From contig OX597828.1 of the NCBI GenBank assembly GCA_951406725.2, forward strand, positions 21,266,001 through 21,330,000: DNA of 64,000 bases, written 5' to 3'. Below the pieces are notes generated by a model. The model was not told the DNA's origin and did not search any database. It saw only the letters and a list, made by a program, of their open reading frames with translations. Each line of letters opens with the position of its first letter. The stretch's first letter is position 1. The translations under genes and the position numbers were made by a program. Positions 57,718 to 64,000 of the stretch are shown here, piece after piece. This DNA comes from Octopus vulgaris. Its lineage: Eukaryota.

Positions 57718-58136
57718 TTCTATGTTTGACTTTTGCTTTATGTCTGTACAAGTTGGCTCCAAGTCTCACCCAGAGATCTCAAGAGACAACAGGTTGGAAG
57801 TTCATGTTGTTGTTATGCCTATTGTGCTATATATTTTTTGGGGGGGAGTTTTTGGTGTTGTACTAATGAATGTCTAAAAAAAAAATTTTTTTTAAAAACC
57901 GAAAATTATGTTTGTTTTAAACCTTGAGATTACATAGAAAGTATTTTGCGTAGGATATGAGCAGTTCCCATGAGCACTATCTTTTGAATTTCTGCCATTT
58001 TTGGGTTTCCTGGTATCTGAGTTAGGTAGCTATCAGCCCTTTTTGCTATCATTCCCAGGGCACCTATGACAACAAGTATTGTTTTAGTCTTCAGGTTCCA
58101 CATTTTGCTGATTTCTATTTCAAGATCTTTATATTT
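57718..58136 (-). mobile_element. R4/Dong-type 3' end in (TTA)n
   Basis: reverse complement of 30810-31228. Confidence 0.85.
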
Positions 58137-58150
58137 GCTTTATTATTTGC

Positions 58151-58229
<79 letters not shown>

Positions 58230-58237
58230 CATCATCA

Positions 58238-58269
<32 letters not shown>

Positions 58270-58274
58270 GTTGT

Positions 58275-58332
<58 letters not shown>

Positions 58333-58435
58333 TTATTATTACCATCACCACCACCACCACCACCACCACCACCATCACCACCACTACCATCATCATCATC
58401 ATCACCATCATCATCATTATCATCATCATCATTGC

Positions 58436-58480
<45 letters not shown>

Positions 58481-58501
58481 CATTATTATCATTATCATCA
58501 T

Positions 58502-58555
<54 letters not shown>

Positions 58556-58842
58556 TATTATTATTATTATTTTGTTGTTTCTGTAAAATCCTTCTAAATA
58601 AAAATAAATGCTATTAGAAGGTGAACGTCAAACGGAAATATTTAACCTTTAGCTGGGTTAAACCGGAGGATTGTTATTCATGTTGGTGTTGGAGTATGCG
58701 CGTGGGCGAGGATGTGAAGCTATGAATGCGTGTATGCATATATGTGTAGGGGTGTATATCTATGTAAGCGTGCATATGTATGCGTGTATCTATATATATG
58801 TGCATGTATATGCATGCATACATAACTCTATGCATACATAAC

Positions 58843-58903
<61 letters not shown>

Positions 58904-58960
58904 ACACATTATGTAAATACGTATTTATGGTTGTATATACGTTGATAAATACATATATAT

Positions 58961-59002
<42 letters not shown>

Positions 59003-59132
59003 GGAAAGATAGAGAAGTATGATACGTGTGTAAGCATAACTGAATGTATCTGTTTATGAATGACTGTATGTGCATATATGTATGTATAAGCACATCTGTG
59101 TGAGGGTATATTAATTACATATATCAGTTATG

Positions 59133-59181
<49 letters not shown>

Positions 59182-59631
59182 TATTATATATACATATATA
59201 CATAATGTATGTTTTTGCATGTGTGTACATTATATGTGTGTACGTGTGTATGCTTATGTGCTTGTTTTATGCATTTGTGTTAATGTACACACACACACAC
59301 ATTCACACACTCATACACATGTATATTTACATACATAGATAAAAATATGTGTATAATTCAATATGACGTCATACTTTGCAGAGGATTACTCTACATCACG
59401 ATTTTAAAACAGCAACAGCAGCAGCAACAACAACATCAACAACAACAAAAGCAACTAGCCACATCGTCACCAAGTCACCAATAAGAATGAAATCATAAGA
59501 AAAGCGAGGAATAAAGAACAAAAAAAAAAAACAAAAACATACCGCAACAACTACAATAACAATAACAAGAATATAGATTATGAGTCTAAGTTGAAAGTAA
59601 GCAACGTTTTGAAATATGAAATTCACCACAA

Positions 59632-60795
59632 TACATTTCAACAATGCGGAAACTCCTTAAATGCACTTTCAAAAATGCGGAAATTTTATTCATCAAGGTA
59701 AATATCATTACAATGAACAAGTTTTTGCCAACGAGTTACAAGTTTGTTTCTTCCGGTTACATACATTTCAACAATGCGGAACTCCTTGAATGCACATTCA
59801 AAATTGCGGAGAAGTTTTTGCCGACGAGTTACAAGTTTGTTTCTTCCGGTTACATAAGAACATAGAATTCTGGAAGTGATGAACTCCTTGAATGCACATT
59901 CAAAATGCGGAAATTTTATTCATCAATAACAGTAAAATCAACACGTTTTTGCTAACGAGTTACAAGTTTGTTTATTACGGTTACAAAACAATATGGAAAT
60001 CTGGAAGTGATAAACTTTTTGAATGCACCTTAAAAATGCGGAAATTTTATTCATCAATAACAGTAAAATCAACACGTTTTTGCTAACGAGTTACAAGTTT
60101 GTTTATTCCAGTTACATAAACACCTGGAATTCTGGAACTGAATGCACCTTAAAAATGCCCAAATTTTATTCATAGAGATAAGTATCATTACAATGAACAC
60201 GTTTTTGCCAACGAGTTACAAGTTTGTTTCTTCCGGTTACATAAGAACATAGAATTCTGGAAGTGATGAACTCCTTGAATGCACATTCAAAATTGCGGAG
60301 AAGTTTTTGCCGACGAGTTACAAGTTTGTTTATTACGGTTACAAAACAATATGGAAATCTGGAAGTGATAAACTTTTTGAATGCACCTTAAAAATGCGGA
60401 AATTTTATTCATCAATAACAGTAAAATCAACACGTTTTTGCTAACGAGTTACAAGTTTGTTTATTCCAGTTACATAAACACCTGGAATTCTGGAACTGAT
60501 GAACTTCTTGAATGCACTTTCAACAATACGGACATTTTATTCATCAATCTAAGTATTAGTACAATGAACATAATTTTGCCAACGAGTTAGAAGTTTTTTC
60601 TTCCTGTTACTTAAACACCTGGAATTCTGGAACTGATGAACCCATTGAATGCACCTTAAAAAATGCGCAAATTTTATTCATAGAGGTAAGTATCATTACA
60701 ATGAACACGTTTTTGCCAATGAGTTACAAGTTTGTTTTTTTCCGGTTACATAAAAACCTGGAATTCTGGAACTGGTGAACTCCTTGACTGCACTT
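59632..60795. repeat. tandem array of about 10 units (102-139 bp) derived from a mariner 3' end
   Basis: ATGCAC anchor at 59661, 59790, 59892, 60023, 60142, 60279, 60381, 60512, 60649 and (as CTGCAC) 60788. Confidence 0.9.
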
Positions 60796-61000
60796 TGAGT
60801 AACGGTCTGATTTTCGAACTCCTTGTCTCACAGGAAACCATCAGAGTGCTTGAAAAAGTGGTTGTCGGCAAGAATAAGTTCAAGAGAATAAGCTTGGTAG
60901 GGAAGAATTTCATAGCGAAATTCCCTCAACTTCTGGAGCGTCATTAGTGAAACGTATGGTTAGCATCGTCATGAAGAATGATTGGCCCTCCTTTGCCGAC
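60670..61000 (-). mobile_element. mariner transposase C-terminal relic
   Basis: GPIILHDDA..H, TLQKL...EILPY.AYSLEL..ADNHFF, KLVTHWQKRV. Confidence 0.8.
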
Positions 61001-61051
61001 CAGTCTGGGATGGAAGATTGGGAGGTTTTCATTCCTTTCGGTATATTCAGA

Positions 61052-62186
61052 CTTAATCCGTTTCCCTGTCCTTGTTTGTCCCCACTGTGTTTAGCCCCTT
61101 GTGGGTAGTAAAGAAATAGGTATTTCGTCTGCCGTTACGTTCTGAGTTCAATTTCCGCTGAGGTCGACTTTGCCTTTCATCCTTTCGGGGTCGATTAAAT
61201 AAGTACCAGTTACGCACTGGGGTCGATATAATCAACTTAATCCTTTTGTCTGTCTTTGTTTGTCCCCTCTTTGTTTAGCCCCTTGTGGGTAGTAAAGAAA
61301 TAGGTATTTCGTCCGTCTTTACGTTCTGAGTTCAATTTCCGCTGAGGTCGACTTTGCCTTTCATCCTTTCGGTGTCGATAAATTAAGTACCAGTTGCGTA
61401 CAGGGATCGATCTAATCGACTGGCACCCTCCCACAAAATTGCAGGCCTTGTGTCTAGAGTAGAAACGAAAAGAAATAATCATATTGGTTTCAAATTTTGG
61501 CACCAGGCCAGCAACTTCAGGCGAGAGAGTAAGTCGGAACGCATCGACCCCACTGATCGACCGGTACTTACTTTATCGACCCCACATCTGAAAGTTGGAA
61601 AGTCGTGGTTGCCTCGGCAGAATTTGAACTCAGATCGTTAAAGACGGACGAATTGCCGCAAAGAAATTTGCCTGCCGCACTAACGATTTTGACAGCTTGC
61701 CGCTTTGACAGAAATGTTGATATTCGTTTCTAGGCACAAGGCCCGAAATTTTGAGACAGGGGTCCTGTCGATTAGATCGACTCCAGTACGCAACTGATAC
61801 TTAATTCATCGACCCCTAAAGGATGAAAAGCAAAGTCGACATCGGCGGAATTTGAACTCAGAAAGTAAAGATAGACAAAGTGCCGCTAAGCATTTCGCCC
61901 GGCGTTGTAACGATTCTGCCAACACGCCGGCTTAACAGAAATGTTCTGCCAGCTGCGAGCTGGCAGAAACGTTAGCACGCCGGACAAAATGCCTAGCGGT
62001 ATTTTGTCTGCCGTTACGTTCTGAGTTCAAATTCCGCCGAGGTCGACTTTGCCTTTCATTTTTTCGGGGTCGATAAATTAAGTACCAGTTACGCACTGAG
62101 GTGGCTCTAATCGACTTAATCTCGTTGTCTGTCCTTGTTTGTCCCCTCTATGTTTAGCCCCTTGTGGGCAATAAAGAAATAAGAAA
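61052..62186. mobile_element. SINE family A cluster: + multimer 61052-61460, two - copies, + copy 61950-62186
   Basis: consensus matches. Confidence 0.85.
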
Positions 62187-62239
62187 TGTTAATATCGATA
62201 TTTAACATAAGCTCACGCCTCAATTTTACAGGAGGAATA

Positions 62240-62450
62240 ATTTCGATAAAATTGATACCCCGTATTCTTCTGGTATCCGACGATTATCTATTAGGATTGT
62301 ATCTCCAGAAAGAGAGATATATGCCCAATATATTAGCTGGAAGGACCTTAGTCCAAGTGAGCACTTAGTAAACTTGTTGGGTAGAATGGATAAGTTTATG
62401 GGTTGCGAAACTCTTGCCATTCAGCTATCTCGTGTATTAGAAACATCTGC
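62240..62450 (+). mobile_element. possible very degenerate Tc1-like transposase fragment
   Basis: SWKDLSPSEHLVNLLGR resembles SPDLSPIEH.W..LGR. Confidence 0.35.
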
Positions 62451-62565
62451 ATATGCGCAGAGAATACGAATCTGGTGAACTGCTGAAGCTTTTGTTACAA
62501 ATAAACAATGGATTTGTATGTTTGTATATAGGTACGTTTGTTGCATACATACATACATGCATACG

Positions 62566-62667
<102 letters not shown>

Positions 62668-62734
62668 GGATATCTAATCTATCTATCTACACATACACAC
62701 ATTTATATATATATGATATGTGTACACATACATA

Positions 62735-62800
<66 letters not shown>

Positions 62801-63192
62801 TATATGAATATCCGTAAACCTACTTACGTACGTACATACGTACACTTTAAATCTGAAGGCTTTTTACGAGCACACGAAAGAAGATTATATGCAACAGAGA
62901 TTCAGGATGAATCGAAGAGAATTCCCTGCCAGGGTTTAAAATGTCAGATCTTCCTTCAACTTTTACCAAACCTGAAATGATAGATGCTGAATATGACACA
63001 AAGGAAGTCAGAACCACATAAACACGTTGGTTGCTATTGACAACGGATACAACATCTACAACATCGATATTAACGTTATGTGGTATTGTAGCAAAAGATT
63101 ATATTGTAATATATGGTATGTCGGCAAAAACATGGCTGAGTGGTTAGCAAGCTTGCTTTCTAACTACGTGATTTCGGGTTCAGTGTGTATAC

Positions 63193-63473
<281 letters not shown>

Positions 63474-63488
63474 GTATGTATACACGTA

Positions 63489-63990
63489 TGGCCCAGTGGT
63501 TAGAGCAGTGGACTCGCAGTCGTAGGGTTGCGGTTTTGATTCCCAGGCCTGACATTGTGAGTGTTTATTGAGCGAAAACACCTAAAAGCCCCACGAGGTT
63601 CCGGTTGGGGTTTGTGGCGAACCCTACTCTACTCTTTCTCCCACAACTTTCTCTTCCTCTTGCTTCCTATTTCTGTTGTACCTGTATTTCAAAGAGCCAG
63701 CCTTGTCCCCCTCTGTGTCACGCTGAATCTCCCCAAGAACTACATTAAGGGTACGCGTGTCTGTGGAGTACTCGGCCACTTTCACATTAGTAAATGAGCT
63801 GCGACGTCAGTGGTGCCAAGCTGTATCAGCCTTTGCCTTTCCCTTGGATAACATCGGTGGCGTGGATACGGGAGGCTGGTATGCATGAGCGACTGCTGGT
63901 CTTCCATAAACAACCTTGCCCAGACTTGTGCCACGGAGGGTAACTTTCTAGGTGCAATCCCATGGTCCTTCATAAACGAAGGGGGTCACA
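63489..63990 (+). mobile_element. SINE B (63489-63785) followed directly by a family C-type tail (63790-63990)
   Basis: consensus matches. Confidence 0.8.
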
Positions 63991-64000
63991 AAATATGTAT

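Noticed and set aside
59632-60795. CRISPR-like regular array
   Set aside because: No unique spacers; units derive from mariner; eukaryotic context

Overview
Eukaryotic, AT-rich, extremely microsatellite-dense non-coding DNA. The SINE families and the (TA)n/(TATC)n/(CA)n/trinucleotide load suggest a cephalopod (Octopus-like) genome; this is inference. No confident host protein-coding gene was found, and nearly all listed ORFs are translations of simple repeats. The window is a mosaic of retroelement relics: CR1/L2-like LINEs, RTE, several R4/Dong-type restriction-like-endonuclease elements sitting in (TAA)n, a Penelope-like GIY-YIG element, and at least four tRNA-derived SINE families. It also holds mariner/Tc1 relics, including a fold-back MITE and a young satellite built from a mariner 3' end. 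The main hidden signal is a set of about 11 type I hammerhead-ribozyme motifs in at least six unrelated small non-coding elements, nearly all lodged in or beside (TA)n. These include a 5-copy minimal hammerhead with a consistently non-canonical core, a 255-bp fold-back carrying two intact-core ribozymes, and a 364-bp 1.5-mer with retrozyme-like architecture. All ribozyme calls come from manual base-pairing and are untested.
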